From contig CAZGJD010000009.1 in NCBI GenBank assembly GCA_964526385.1, positions 8,358 through 72,357 of the forward strand: a stretch of DNA of 64,000 nucleotides, in the 5' to 3' direction. The first letter of the stretch is position 1; each line of letters opens with the position of its first letter. The notes beneath the pieces were generated by a model that was not told where the DNA came from, ran no database searches, and worked only from the letters and a program-made list of their open reading frames with translations. The translations under genes were made by a program, and so were the position numbers. The DNA is from an uncultured Candidatus Poseidoniales archaeon. GTDB taxonomy: Archaea; Thermoplasmatota; Poseidoniia; Poseidoniales; Poseidoniaceae. Shown one piece after another: positions 9,905-19,908 of this stretch.

Positions 9905-10900
9905 TCATTCGAGTAATCTTGCTACAATGTCCGCCTTGGTTCCCGATGTTGCTACACCAGCTTCCTTCGCTTTTTCGACTAATTCGTCTTTCTTGAGTTT
10001 CATCAAATCTGCTTCGGACTCACCAGTTTCATTTGTTGTTTCTGAGACTTCTTCAACTTGCTCTGTCGCAACCTCCACAACTTCTTCCTCAGTCTTGTCA
10101 TCAGCAGATTCTTCTTTTTCAGAAATAGATTCCATTGCCTCTGCAGCAGCTAGCAAGTTGCTCTGATCTTCTTCTTCCATTGCATTTTCAAGAGCCGCAG
10201 CTTTTCTTGCTTTGAGTTCTGCTTCTTGCTTTTCTTCTTCTGCATGAATTTCATCCAATGTAGGCCCTTTATCAGTTACAACACCGGATTGTAATAGTTG
10301 GCTCTTTCGAATGACAACATTCTTACAAGGATAGATTGGCTTGATAGCGTTTCTAATTTCTGTTTCAAGATCACCATTTAACATGGATTCTTGGACTTTT
10401 GAGTAATTTGATTTTGATGAAAAACCTCGAATAATTTCGGCAGTTTTTGATCTAATTGCTTGCTTAACAGATGTTTGACATCTTCTTTCAGTAATAATCA
10501 ATGGTTTCATCCTGATTAGATAACCGTCTGTTGAAACTACATCTACCACGTCATCGATTTTACCCCTGTATCGGCGGATTTGTCTTCTTGTGTGGTCTGA
10601 TTGGTGAGAATGGCCAACAAATGTTGTTAGTGCATCTTGACCAACAGTTTCAGTAACTTTGAATCTTAAAATTACGTGCATCTTAGTGAAATCACCGCTA
10701 AATTCTTGTTGGGTCATTTCGTAAACTCTACCGATAATTTGTTCGTCGGTTTCTCCGAGAGTCTCTCCGATTCTCTTGAAATTCCAAGGATGTCTTGGTG
10801 CACGGATGGTAAACCATCTTTTATTCTTCCACTTATCTCTCTGCTTTCGTGCTGCTGCACGTGCCTTTGCACTCATCTTCTTGGCTGCCATTAGAATCAC
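9905..10900 (-). CDS. rps3ae: Ribosomal protein S3Ae (eS1) with a long acidic C-terminal extension ending in a SAP-like motif
   Basis: The core KWKNKRWFTIRAPRHPWNFKRIGETLG...HVILRFKV is typical of S3Ae. The protein is 331 aa, and by my recollection the family is usually about 200 aa. Confidence 0.85.
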   Translation of the reverse strand: MILMAAKKMSAKARAAARKQRDKWKNKRWFTIRAPRHPWNFKRIGETLGETDEQIIGRVYEMTQQEFSGDFTKMHVILRFKVTETVGQDALTTFVGHSHQSDHTRRQIRRYRGKIDDVVDVVSTDGYLIRMKPLIITERRCQTSVKQAIRSKTAEIIRGFSSKSNYSKVQESMLNGDLETEIRNAIKPIYPCKNVVIRKSQLLQSGVVTDKGPTLDEIHAEEEKQEAELKARKAAALENAMEEEDQSNLLAAAEAMESISEKEESADDKTEEEVVEVATEQVEEVSETTNETGESEADLMKLKKDELVEKAKEAGVATSGTKADIVARLLE

Positions 10901-10980
10901 TCTCAGATTGCGGGGGCTACCCCACTTGCAACCTTCCGACTAACATGGCCTATATGAAGGGAATTGATTGGGAATTGTGC

Positions 10981-11970
10981 TTACCATCCACGCTGGTCAA
11001 GCCTGATTTCCAATTTTTCCAATTCGTCCCCTCGCATTGGAGCACCTGCCATCATAGACATAGCTTCTGCAACCTTTTCAGGGTCATCGAAGTGAGCAGT
11101 TGCTAAAACAATTGCATCTGCCATAGTTTTGGGGTCTTCAGATTTGAAAATTCCAGAGCCGACGAAAATTCCGTCAACTCCCATTTGCATCATTAATGAA
11201 GCATCGGCTGGTGTAGCGATTCCTCCAGCACAGAATGTTACGACAGGAAGCCTACCCATATCGACTACTTCGTCCAAGATTTCTCTAACTTTACCATGCA
11301 TCTCATCGTCGATTTTGCCGAATGGAGTGAGTAGTGACTCTCCTGGTAATTCGCTTGAATTTGCTAAAACGCGATATCTGTCTATTATCAAATCAGCTGC
11401 TTTATTGAGCCCATCATCATCTAAACTTTGCATTTGTCTGATTTCTTGGTCAATCAGTCTCGCATGAGTGACTGCCGCAACTACATTCCCAGTTCCTGCT
11501 TCACCTTTTGTTCGAATCATTGCGGCTCCTTCGTAAATTCTACGAACTGCCTCTCCTAAACCAGTGGCACCACACACGAAGGGTATGTCATGTGAGTTTT
11601 TGTCAATATGGAAATAGGGGTCTGCGGGTGTCAAAACCTCAGATTCATCGACCATGTCAACCCCCAGCGCTTGTAGGACTTGAGATTCAGCCTCGTGTCC
11701 GATTCTTGATTTAGCCATAACTGGGATGGATGTACATTCGATTATTCCCTTGATCATGTCTGGATGTGATGTTCTCGCAACTCCTCCAGCTTTTCTGATG
11801 TCTGCTGGCACTCTCTCAAGCGCCATTACAGAAACAGCACCCGATTCTTCAGCTACGAATGCTTGGTCAGGTGTTACAACATCCATGATTACACCACCTC
11901 TAAGCATAGAGGCAAACCCTCTTTTCAATAAGTCATCAGCGTGCCTTAGAGGTTTAATTTGATTTGACAT
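10981..11970 (-). CDS. pdxS: Pyridoxal 5'-phosphate synthase, PdxS subunit
   Basis: [46 protein letters not shown]...IPFVCGA...[13 protein letters not shown]...[16 protein letters not shown]. Confidence 0.95.
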   Translation of the reverse strand: MSNQIKPLRHADDLLKRGFASMLRGGVIMDVVTPDQAFVAEESGAVSVMALERVPADIRKAGGVARTSHPDMIKGIIECTSIPVMAKSRIGHEAESQVLQALGVDMVDESEVLTPADPYFHIDKNSHDIPFVCGATGLGEAVRRIYEGAAMIRTKGEAGTGNVVAAVTHARLIDQEIRQMQSLDDDGLNKAADLIIDRYRVLANSSELPGESLLTPFGKIDDEMHGKVREILDEVVDMGRLPVVTFCAGGIATPADASLMMQMGVDGIFVGSGIFKSEDPKTMADAIVLATAHFDDPEKVAEAMSMMAGAPMRGDELEKLEIRLDQRGW

Positions 11971-12031
11971 ACTTCCACCTTGTCTGCGGGTGAAAGTTCA
12001 CCCTCATGAAGATATGTAGTGTACCACAGGA

Positions 12032-12307
12032 TTAGTCTGCAAGAACAGGAGTATCTCCAGTAGCAATTTCAGCGTCTACTGATTCCTCTTCGTTCCTTTC
12101 AATCCATGCTTCTTCTTCATCTGGAACGTCTGTGTCAGCGAATATAGCATCTACAGGACATTCTGGAACGCACGCACCACAATCAATACACTCATCTGGG
12201 TCTATGATTAAGTAGGTGTCTGCTTCTCTGAATGCCTCAACCGGGCATACAGCAACACATTCCTGATATTTGTGGTCTACACAAGCCGATGTTACAACGT
12301 GGGTCAT
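12032..12307 (-). CDS. Ferredoxin (7Fe-type pattern)
   Basis: ACVDHKYQECVAVCPVEAF plus CIDCGACVPECPVDAI, with an acidic C-terminal tail. Confidence 0.85.
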   Translation of the reverse strand: MTHVVTSACVDHKYQECVAVCPVEAFREADTYLIIDPDECIDCGACVPECPVDAIFADTDVPDEEEAWIERNEEESVDAEIATGDTPVLAD

Positions 12308-12375
12308 GATTCTCTCTCCGACTTACCCTAGAGCAATTAGAATATAATCACTTGCTATGTTTCATATTTTGAATC

Positions 12376-12819
12376 CTATTGAGGTAGGACATCTTCTAAT
12401 GCGTTTGTAATAATCGACTCAGCTACTTCAAATGCGGTATTTCCAGGATATACCTCCAATTTTAAGCGCCCTTTTACAGTCGAATTTTGCTTTGGTTTCG
12501 CAAGTTTTATTTCGCCTGAAAGAAGTGAAATAAGATCCAATCGCAAGTGAAGGCAATTATCATCATCGATTCTAGATTCTAGCTCGTTCATTAAGGCGAA
12601 AAGAACATCTTTCCCTAAACGGGAAATAGATCTAGTAGCCTGATTTTTGTTACTCAATGTTGCATTTATTAGGTGAATATTCCCCCCTGAATAGGAGGTT
12701 GATTTTTCCAATTTTACAGATTCCGAATCTCCAGTAAGCCATGATAGTGCGTCAACGTAAATTTTTTCATCTTCAAGGCCGCTACACGTTGAAATCCATG
12801 AAGCATAATGTAATCCCAT
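12376..12819 (-). CDS. Hypothetical protein (possibly DUF54/COG1931-like RNA-binding fold)
   Basis: 147 aa with no diagnostic motif. Size and an alternating beta/alpha pattern recall the small archaeal exosome-neighbourhood protein family, but this is a recollection only. Confidence 0.4.
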   Translation of the reverse strand: MGLHYASWISTCSGLEDEKIYVDALSWLTGDSESVKLEKSTSYSGGNIHLINATLSNKNQATRSISRLGKDVLFALMNELESRIDDDNCLHLRLDLISLLSGEIKLAKPKQNSTVKGRLKLEVYPGNTAFEVAESIITNALEDVLPQ

Positions 12820-12839
12820 TGAAAATCAAACCATCCTGT

Positions 12840-13085
12840 TTAATCCAAGGGATGGTCGATCCCTTCCTGGCCTAATGTCCACTGCAAGGTCTTTATCACA
12901 CCATCGAGTGCTTTGTGATTTCTTGCAGCTTCTTTCATACCATCACGGTCTCCATCATCGCGACACTGGTCAAACCATTGTTTCCACTTATTTCTTCTAG
13001 CAACGGCTTTGTCAAGCATCGTTTCAATCTCTTCCCAAGTTCGATTGTAGGACCTAACAGGCTGGAAATCATCACTGCTGTTCAT
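12840..13085 (-). CDS. Hypothetical small protein
   Basis: Start moved to ATG 13085 (MNSSDDFQP...) to remove the overlap with the upstream gene. No recognised domain. Confidence 0.4.
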   Translation of the reverse strand: MNSSDDFQPVRSYNRTWEEIETMLDKAVARRNKWKQWFDQCRDDGDRDGMKEAARNHKALDGVIKTLQWTLGQEGIDHPLD

Positions 13086-13131
13086 AATTCTTTGGCGCAA
13101 CCGTAAGTATAAGAATCTGACACTTTTAAGT

Positions 13132-14166
13132 TCAAGAAATTCTCTCTTCTTGATGGTCAACATCAATTTCCAAATTGTCACCGATGACGCATCTGAATAT
13201 TTTTGATTTCACGACTGAATTTTCTCCAATTATTGATGATTCAGATGTTCCGTCTATTCTTGAATTTGACATAACTACCGAATCCACAGCGGCACCTGTT
13301 ACCGAAGCACCTGGAAGTATAATCGACCTCTCAATGTGGCCACTCACACTTGCAGAAGAACTGATGAAAGAACCATCTGGGAGAATTTCACCTTCAGGCA
13401 TTGGAAAAGGAAGGTTTTCAGAATTTTTGACAAGTGAAAGTTGTGCGTTCAATAATTCAAATGGATGTCCCACATCAAACCAAATGCCCTCTACCTTTTT
13501 CCCGTAAATTTTCCAACCACGATTTAATATTTCTGGAAATAATTCTTTTGAGAAATCAAATTTTGTATCTTTTGGTATTAGTTCCATAACTTCAGGCTCA
13601 ATGATGTATAATCCAGCATTTATTAGATTAGAAAATGCCTCTTCTGGTTTGGGTTTCTCTAAAAATTTGGAGATATATCCCTCAAATAAACCAGAATCTA
13701 GTTCCCCATCGTGTGTTGAACTTAAGCCTACTATTCCAAACTCAGACGGATTTTCAACCTCCCACAAAGCCATAGTAACCTTTGCGTTTGATTCCCTGTG
13801 TGATTGTATCAGGTCCGCAACATCAAATGAAGCAACTGAATCACCAGAACCTACAACGAAAGTTTCAGTTAATTCATCAGATAACAATCTGACACTTCCT
13901 GCAGTACCCATCGGGGTCAGTTCTTGATTCACTCTTCCATTTATTTTCCAGCTATGAACGTGATTTATGAGTTGGTCTCCCTTGTAGCCAGTGGTTACGA
14001 TAATCTCTGATATTCCCGAGCTGACCATTGAGTCTTTGACGTAGTCAATTACTGGCCTACCGAGAACTGATACCATTGGTTTTGGACGGTTTAGAGTCAA
14101 TGGCATCAGACGAGTACCTCGTCCGCCAGCCATTATTACTCCTTTCAGATTCTCACTTCCTTCCAC
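13132..14166 (-). CDS. Sugar-1-phosphate nucleotidyltransferase with a C-terminal left-handed beta-helix
   Basis: GVIMAGGRGTRLMPLTLNRPKPMVSVLGRPVIDY is the NTP-transferase signature. The C-terminal hexapeptide-like repeats match the GlmU/GMPP/RmlA-like family. Confidence 0.8.
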   Translation of the reverse strand: MEGSENLKGVIMAGGRGTRLMPLTLNRPKPMVSVLGRPVIDYVKDSMVSSGISEIIVTTGYKGDQLINHVHSWKINGRVNQELTPMGTAGSVRLLSDELTETFVVGSGDSVASFDVADLIQSHRESNAKVTMALWEVENPSEFGIVGLSSTHDGELDSGLFEGYISKFLEKPKPEEAFSNLINAGLYIIEPEVMELIPKDTKFDFSKELFPEILNRGWKIYGKKVEGIWFDVGHPFELLNAQLSLVKNSENLPFPMPEGEILPDGSFISSSASVSGHIERSIILPGASVTGAAVDSVVMSNSRIDGTSESSIIGENSVVKSKIFRCVIGDNLEIDVDHQEERIS

Positions 14167-15163
14167 GAGATGCAGTCATGTCGACTCTTCTCATGGATTT
14201 CTTCTTATCTGACCTGCCTTTCTTTGAACCTAAACCTTGTCTATCTCCAGACATGGTCCCTCCAAAAGAAAGTGAGCCTTGATTTAACAGCTGGTCGACC
14301 ATAGAGTCTGCAACTTTTGGGTCCTCAGCGCCGGTTTTCATCATTTTAGTCACCGATTCATTGTGGTCGACAATCCATGATTCTCTTTCTTCGCGAGCTA
14401 TTTTTAACTTATCACGAACCTCATTAACTTCGTTCATCAACTCAACGATCTTGGAGTGTACTTCATTCGCCTTTTCCTTACACGCAACAAATTCGTTGTG
14501 GAACCTGTCACCTTCACCTTTGAGGAAATTTCTGTGTTCAAAGAGTTCATCGAGTTCTTTCGACATTTCTTTCGCCCTTTCCAGACAGTCCACAAACTGC
14601 TTGTGAGCATCATCAGCCTCTGATTTTAGAGTTGCAATTGCTTCGTCTCGATTTGAAATATCAACTTTGATGATTTGAAGTTCTGCAACTAGTGGTTCCA
14701 ATTCTGCCATCTTTCGTCGCATGATTTTGATTTTATCCATTGTCTCTTTTTCTTTCTTTGGAGACATTCCGCCTTTTGTTTCAAAGATGCGTTCGAGAGA
14801 TGTAACTTCACTCGTTAACTTATTGAATTCAATTGACGCGGAATTTTTATCGTTTTGTTCTCCTCTTTTTGATTTGGAGACTCCGATTAGGTCTCGGATT
14901 TGGGCTTGAATCGCATCTCTTCTTTCCTTGTGCACCTTTTGTTCGGCTCTGACTGCCCTAACTTCTGCTACTGCAAGGTCGACTTTTTCTCTGTGTTCCT
15001 TGTATTGAGATTGGATTGCATTTCTTTGGTCTGCAAATCGATTTGCTTGGTCGTTGTGGTTATTTCTTGCTTCACGAAGTTTCTTGACCTTGGCCTCCAT
15101 CTGATGGAGATGATCTCGCAACTCAGTGTTGTCCTGAGGCTGCTGTTCTTCTGATTCGCTCAT
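14153..15163 (-). CDS. Archaeal coiled-coil protein, paralog A (COG1340-like, from memory) with a basic Gly/Ser/Lys/Arg tail
   Basis: 336 aa of almost uninterrupted heptad-like charged sequence (LREARNNHNDQANRFADQRNAIQSQYKEHREK...). It ends GSKKGRSDKKKSMRRVDMTASRGRK. Confidence 0.7.
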   Translation of the reverse strand: MSESEEQQPQDNTELRDHLHQMEAKVKKLREARNNHNDQANRFADQRNAIQSQYKEHREKVDLAVAEVRAVRAEQKVHKERRDAIQAQIRDLIGVSKSKRGEQNDKNSASIEFNKLTSEVTSLERIFETKGGMSPKKEKETMDKIKIMRRKMAELEPLVAELQIIKVDISNRDEAIATLKSEADDAHKQFVDCLERAKEMSKELDELFEHRNFLKGEGDRFHNEFVACKEKANEVHSKIVELMNEVNEVRDKLKIAREERESWIVDHNESVTKMMKTGAEDPKVADSMVDQLLNQGSLSFGGTMSGDRQGLGSKKGRSDKKKSMRRVDMTASRGRK

Positions 15164-15338
15164 GATTGGGCGTCTACTTATTGGCCTTGAATGCTACTAT
15201 TAGGGAATCGGCAACCGCAACGCAGAACGCATTCGCTGTTTCATCCTCGGCTTCCAAGTGGCCGAACGCCTTGCTGCGTGGAACAACACCCGCTACGGAG
15301 GTGGTCTTTGATGACGACGAAGCGCCCTTCGCGATTAT

Positions 15339-16817
15339 TCACACATTAATTATGCTCAATAACTGGAAAATAACGGCCGCTGTAAGCCCTATTGCTCCCG
15401 AAACATAGGAAGTTATAGAACTCGTATTCCTAAACCACTTTACAAACTCTGGTCTAACGTTTACATTGATTTGCCTTCCAACTAGTAAGTCCCCTTCTAT
15501 GTTTTCCAAACGAATTGCGACACTTGCATCACCTGAGCCCTCTGGCAGTAAAGTTTGCCAAGACAAGGTACCCTCTTGCAATAGTGTAGACATCCGGCCT
15601 AATCTGTCATCATCCCCTTTGTCGAAATCCGGTGTAGCCTCTTCTGGCCAATATGAATTTTCACCAGCTTTTAGATTATATCTAAGGAGTAATTCCTGTG
15701 GTCTAAAATCAGGTGAATTCACTCTTAACACGACTTGCCTATCTTTATCTGACAAGTTATGTATGTAGCAGAATAGATTGGCATTTTCTGTCACAACATT
15801 TTCCAAATCAACATCGAATAACAACTCTGGCATGTCTGGTTGTTTACCGATAGCCATATCTTGTTCAATTCTATCAATTAGTCTGTAAAATGCAGGTAAC
15901 TGCCTTTCTGACCTGACAAATATAGAATCCCATAATTCCTCGGAGAATATGTTGTGTTCCATAATCTCGTGGATACCTTTGTCAGTAAGAATCTCTTTTA
16001 TTTCGGTATTTGTAGTGACCCTGTCTACTCGCCCTTTGAATCTTCTGTGCATGAGCATTAGGAACTTTTCCACCCCAAAATCAGCAGACACACCTTTCTT
16101 AATATTCGATTCGAAATCTCTCAAGAAATCATCAAATTTGCTCCGTAGTAGTGGATCCATATGATTGCTCAAAATTTCACTAAATGGCAGACTAAGAGTT
16201 GAGGGGTGAATTGGTGGCTCGTATGCAGATAAAAGACCATCATTAGTCACCATGTTAAATTTGTAATTTCTTGTCGACAGGTGTTGGCCAAGAGACATTG
16301 CCAACATGGATGCACACGCAAGCAAACTTCTCTGGCCTAATTCAGAATCGGAACCAAAGTAAACAGAAAATGCCAAGACAGATATAGAAAATAACGACAT
16401 AAATAACGCCGTATTATGACTTGCCATCGTCTTTGAAATCAGGCCATCGACCGAGGAATAGCCGTGCATACTATTTATCGGTCGATGATCCTCAGCTGCA
16501 GCATTAACTTCAGCTCTGAAAACTAATCGTGTTAGTTGCATGCGATAGCGATGGATTGCTAAACCTGCAGAGTAACCTACTAATATCGTCAATGCGATTA
16601 GAATGAAGGCTGTAGAAAGCGTAAATCCAAGTGAAGGCTCAATATTCTCTAACCACCATGATGGACTTTGACTGCTAAATGCCCAAGAACCGAATATGAA
16701 CAATAATGCGAAGGCTGGTAAAAATAATACTAATCTCAGTCCTTCAGTGAGAAATTGCTTATCTATACCGTGAAATTTTTCTTCCTTATTTCTCAATTCT
16801 TTTAACACTTCAGTCAA
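15339..16817 (-). CDS. Hypothetical multi-pass membrane protein
   Basis: 492 aa. Several N-terminal hydrophobic helices, a soluble middle region and one C-terminal helix. It overlaps the upstream DtxR-family gene by 8 nt, so the two are probably co-transcribed. Confidence 0.6.
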   Translation of the reverse strand: MTEVLKELRNKEEKFHGIDKQFLTEGLRLVLFLPAFALLFIFGSWAFSSQSPSWWLENIEPSLGFTLSTAFILIALTILVGYSAGLAIHRYRMQLTRLVFRAEVNAAAEDHRPINSMHGYSSVDGLISKTMASHNTALFMSLFSISVLAFSVYFGSDSELGQRSLLACASMLAMSLGQHLSTRNYKFNMVTNDGLLSAYEPPIHPSTLSLPFSEILSNHMDPLLRSKFDDFLRDFESNIKKGVSADFGVEKFLMLMHRRFKGRVDRVTTNTEIKEILTDKGIHEIMEHNIFSEELWDSIFVRSERQLPAFYRLIDRIEQDMAIGKQPDMPELLFDVDLENVVTENANLFCYIHNLSDKDRQVVLRVNSPDFRPQELLLRYNLKAGENSYWPEEATPDFDKGDDDRLGRMSTLLQEGTLSWQTLLPEGSGDASVAIRLENIEGDLLVGRQINVNVRPEFVKWFRNTSSITSYVSGAIGLTAAVIFQLLSIINV

Positions 16818-17472
16818 ATTCCCACCTCAACAAAATCCTCTGAGACAAATAGTCAGATATATTCCCTTGCCCGTCGAGAGATAAATCACCGTTTTCAACT
16901 CTTTTGACCTTAGAATCCATTTTCAACCCTATTTTATCGAATAAAGATGCGTCATCTTCAGTTGCAAGAAACATTGAAACAAATCCCGATTCACCGACTT
17001 TCAGGTCTGAAGCAAGAATAAATTGCCCAAAATTTCCAATCTTGTTAGCGACATTCTCAGAAGGTCCTGGTATTTGCCTTCCAGATGGATCTGTTTCGGG
17101 ATTACCTAAAAGCATCGAGATTGATGCTTCCAAATCATCATTGAATGCATGTTCTAATCTGCAGGCCGTCTCATGAATGTCTCCATTGAACGGTAATCTG
17201 CTCAAAAGAACTTCAGCCAATCTGTGTCTCCTCTTCATTACTTTGCCGTGCTCTAAACCCTTCGATGTTAGCAAAACTCCTTTGTATGGCACATAGTCTA
17301 CAAATCCATTTTTTGCTAGCCTTTGGACCATTTCCGTAGCAGAAGCAGGAGTTACCGATAAGTAATCAGCGAGTTCTCCATTTCTAACCATCTGCCCTGG
17401 TTTTCTTTCGTTTATTTCATAGAGTGCTTCCAGATATTCATCCTCGAATTCTTGAAAATGCCCTGCTCCCAT
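16810..17472 (-). CDS. DtxR/IdeR/MntR-family metal-dependent transcriptional regulator with a C-terminal FeoA/SH3-like domain
   Basis: ELADYLSVTPASATEMVQRLAKNGFVDYVPYKGVLLTSKGLEHGKVMKRRHRLAEVLL, then a CRLEH metal-site region. Confidence 0.85.
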   Translation of the reverse strand: MGAGHFQEFEDEYLEALYEINERKPGQMVRNGELADYLSVTPASATEMVQRLAKNGFVDYVPYKGVLLTSKGLEHGKVMKRRHRLAEVLLSRLPFNGDIHETACRLEHAFNDDLEASISMLLGNPETDPSGRQIPGPSENVANKIGNFGQFILASDLKVGESGFVSMFLATEDDASLFDKIGLKMDSKVKRVENGDLSLDGQGNISDYLSQRILLRWEFD

Positions 17473-17487
17473 GTAAAATCACCAAAA

Positions 17488-19908
17488 TTAATCTGCACGG
17501 GCCTCAAATATTGTTTCACAAGCTGGACAACGTGCTTTTGCAGGCCTTTTCTCATATGGAACCTTTAGTTTCCGTGTACATTTTGGACAACCAAGGATGT
17601 CATTATCAGAGGAAGCCCATGGTTCTGATTCTTCTACTTCGGAAACTGTAGCATCCTCTTCTGTATCTTTTTCTATTTCTTCTAGTTTGGACTCTACATC
17701 AAATTTTGACTCACATTCGGGGCATCTCACAGACCCATTATAATCGCTAGGAACTCTTAATCTTCGGTCACAGGTGGGGCATGAAACCTCGATTTTTTCG
17801 GGTGATTTTGCTTTTGTTTCAGAAGTTTTTTGTTTAGATTTAATTGTTGATTTAGGTGAATTTTTTATTCTAATCGCAAAAATGGCGACCATACCGGCGG
17901 CTAATCCACCAAGTATTCCACCTATCGGTAATTCAAATCCAGATGATTCATCAGATGTCAATTCAGATTTTACCAAAATTTGGTCAGAAATTACTTGACC
18001 GTCTACATACCAAGAAAGAGTCACTACAACATTTTCTTGTTTAGGCCAATCGACAACCATTGAATAATCTTCAGAAGCAACTTGTTTGCCATTAACTGTT
18101 TTCATCCCTATTACAGAATTAGTGGAATCTGTTGCTATGATTTCGCTTTGTATAATTCCACCATCTCCATTATTACTCAAAGTAAAAAGAATCGTAACCT
18201 GTTCACCTGCTACGGGAACTCTAGGTTGAGTAATAGGATTAACAACGATAGAAGGGTTGGGGGAATAGTTTGGATATTCTATTTGATATTCTAAAGTGCT
18301 ACCTAATCCAATGGTCCAATCAACTGCTATAACTTTCACATATACCTGATCAGCGTTAATCTCCCCTAAATTCATCTCGCCATAGGTTACACCCGGAAGC
18401 AATACCCTTTCCTCAGAAATTAAGGTATTTCTATCTCCATCCAATATTTTACCATATTCAATAATAACGTCCCTTCCAATACCAGTTTCTAAATCGATTG
18501 CCCATTCGATATTTACACCATCTTCAGACCTCTTGATTTCACCTAAATTAATTGAAATATCTTGCGCTGATACGATAGGAATTATTACAGTTCCTGAAAG
18601 ATTTTCATCTACTACAGAGTCTACGCTTACTATTGACCAATTGAAAATATGGTCACCTTCATCTTCGATACTGAAAATGAAAGGAACTTCACCCGCACTC
18701 CCAGGTTGAAGCAAAATTGATTCGGACTCATGTAACTCGTCGCCGTTATCAAATCTAAGTGCTACACTCCCTTCAGCATCTCCTTCATTTCTAACTAAAA
18801 TCGAAACAACGATGTCATCATCCACATGCCAAGGACCGTTTATCAAGGATGGAGAATTATATCCTGCTCCGGTTATTATCGCTGATTCAAAGATTAAATT
18901 ATCACTCGAGATTGAGTCCCCAAGTGCTCTCGTGAGTTCGGGCTTACACTCAAGAACACCTGGTTTTGATAGCATGCTTATTGTATAATTAACAGAATCA
19001 TTAGAATTAATTTGCTCACCAAAACTACTCAAAAGTGAATTGTCGAAGTAGCAAGATATGTTCCCAGTGAAATTAGTATGGCCGATGTTCATGACATTGA
19101 GATTCCATGACATCTGACTTCCAGAACTTGGTTCAATATTTCTGGTTAAGTTCATTTGCAAAAACGGCAGGGGAGGGGGTGAAATTGTGATGATCGCAAA
19201 TCTCGTGTTGTCGGTTGTGTAATCATCAACATCTCCATGCAATTCAAAATCAAAAGCTAAATCCCCCTCTTGTACAGGTCCATATTGAAATTTAACTAGA
19301 TTGGTTTCGTCTCCTAAAACATTGATTGAAAATGTATTTTCATGCACACCCTCTACTGACATATTGATATCTCCAGACCATTCAATATCACCAGAGTTTA
19401 TCACTGGAATTTCGATTTCAACATAATCTCCGTCGTTTATTGTAAGATTTTCAGTCAAATTTCCATCTTCAAAAATTCCGTTAAAAATTGGCTCCCCAAT
19501 CGAAATGTTGAGTGGCCTCAAACGAGTAATTGATTCTTCAAAAACTGTCCATTGATTCGCATTTGGAGTTCCAACATCACCAGAAAGGCTAACAGTCAGA
19601 TTTGAGATTCCAAGGGGTGCTAAACCAAGTGTAGATTCGATGTAGTAATTTACCCCATCATCAACTAGCAAATTACCTGAATCTGAATCAATGAGATTTC
19701 CTTCCAAATCTGAAAGAGTTGCATTCCAAAACACTTGTGAGGATGATGCACCGCCTACACCAGTCAGTGTTATGTTCAATTCAATCGGACCTTCGCCAAC
19801 TAGCTCATCCCCAACAATCAAGACCTCAGAGATTACTCCTCCTGATGATTGAACCACTGGAACCAAAGCTAGTGTTAACAAACACATCAATGCGATGGCT
19901 CTCCGCAT
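17488..19908 (-). CDS. Large surface protein: signal peptide, Ig/CARDB-like repeats, one TM helix, cytoplasmic tail with two zinc ribbons
   Basis: The N-terminus MRRAIALMCLLTLALVPVVQS is signal-like. TM helix is LPIGGILGGLAAGMVAIFAI. The tail contains CPTCDRRLRVPSDYNGSVRCPEC and CPKCTRKLKVPYEKRPAKARCPAC. Confidence 0.7.
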   Translation of the reverse strand: MRRAIALMCLLTLALVPVVQSSGGVISEVLIVGDELVGEGPIELNITLTGVGGASSSQVFWNATLSDLEGNLIDSDSGNLLVDDGVNYYIESTLGLAPLGISNLTVSLSGDVGTPNANQWTVFEESITRLRPLNISIGEPIFNGIFEDGNLTENLTINDGDYVEIEIPVINSGDIEWSGDINMSVEGVHENTFSINVLGDETNLVKFQYGPVQEGDLAFDFELHGDVDDYTTDNTRFAIITISPPPLPFLQMNLTRNIEPSSGSQMSWNLNVMNIGHTNFTGNISCYFDNSLLSSFGEQINSNDSVNYTISMLSKPGVLECKPELTRALGDSISSDNLIFESAIITGAGYNSPSLINGPWHVDDDIVVSILVRNEGDAEGSVALRFDNGDELHESESILLQPGSAGEVPFIFSIEDEGDHIFNWSIVSVDSVVDENLSGTVIIPIVSAQDISINLGEIKRSEDGVNIEWAIDLETGIGRDVIIEYGKILDGDRNTLISEERVLLPGVTYGEMNLGEINADQVYVKVIAVDWTIGLGSTLEYQIEYPNYSPNPSIVVNPITQPRVPVAGEQVTILFTLSNNGDGGIIQSEIIATDSTNSVIGMKTVNGKQVASEDYSMVVDWPKQENVVVTLSWYVDGQVISDQILVKSELTSDESSGFELPIGGILGGLAAGMVAIFAIRIKNSPKSTIKSKQKTSETKAKSPEKIEVSCPTCDRRLRVPSDYNGSVRCPECESKFDVESKLEEIEKDTEEDATVSEVEESEPWASSDNDILGCPKCTRKLKVPYEKRPAKARCPACETIFEARAD

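Noticed and set aside
15166-15408. 80-aa + strand ORF covering the GC-rich intergenic block.
   Set aside because: It has a TTG start without an RBS, overlaps the 3' end of the 492-aa minus-strand gene, and has an Ala/Thr/Ser-rich composition consistent with GC-rich non-coding sequence. It is kept only as an alternative explanation in the corresponding finding.
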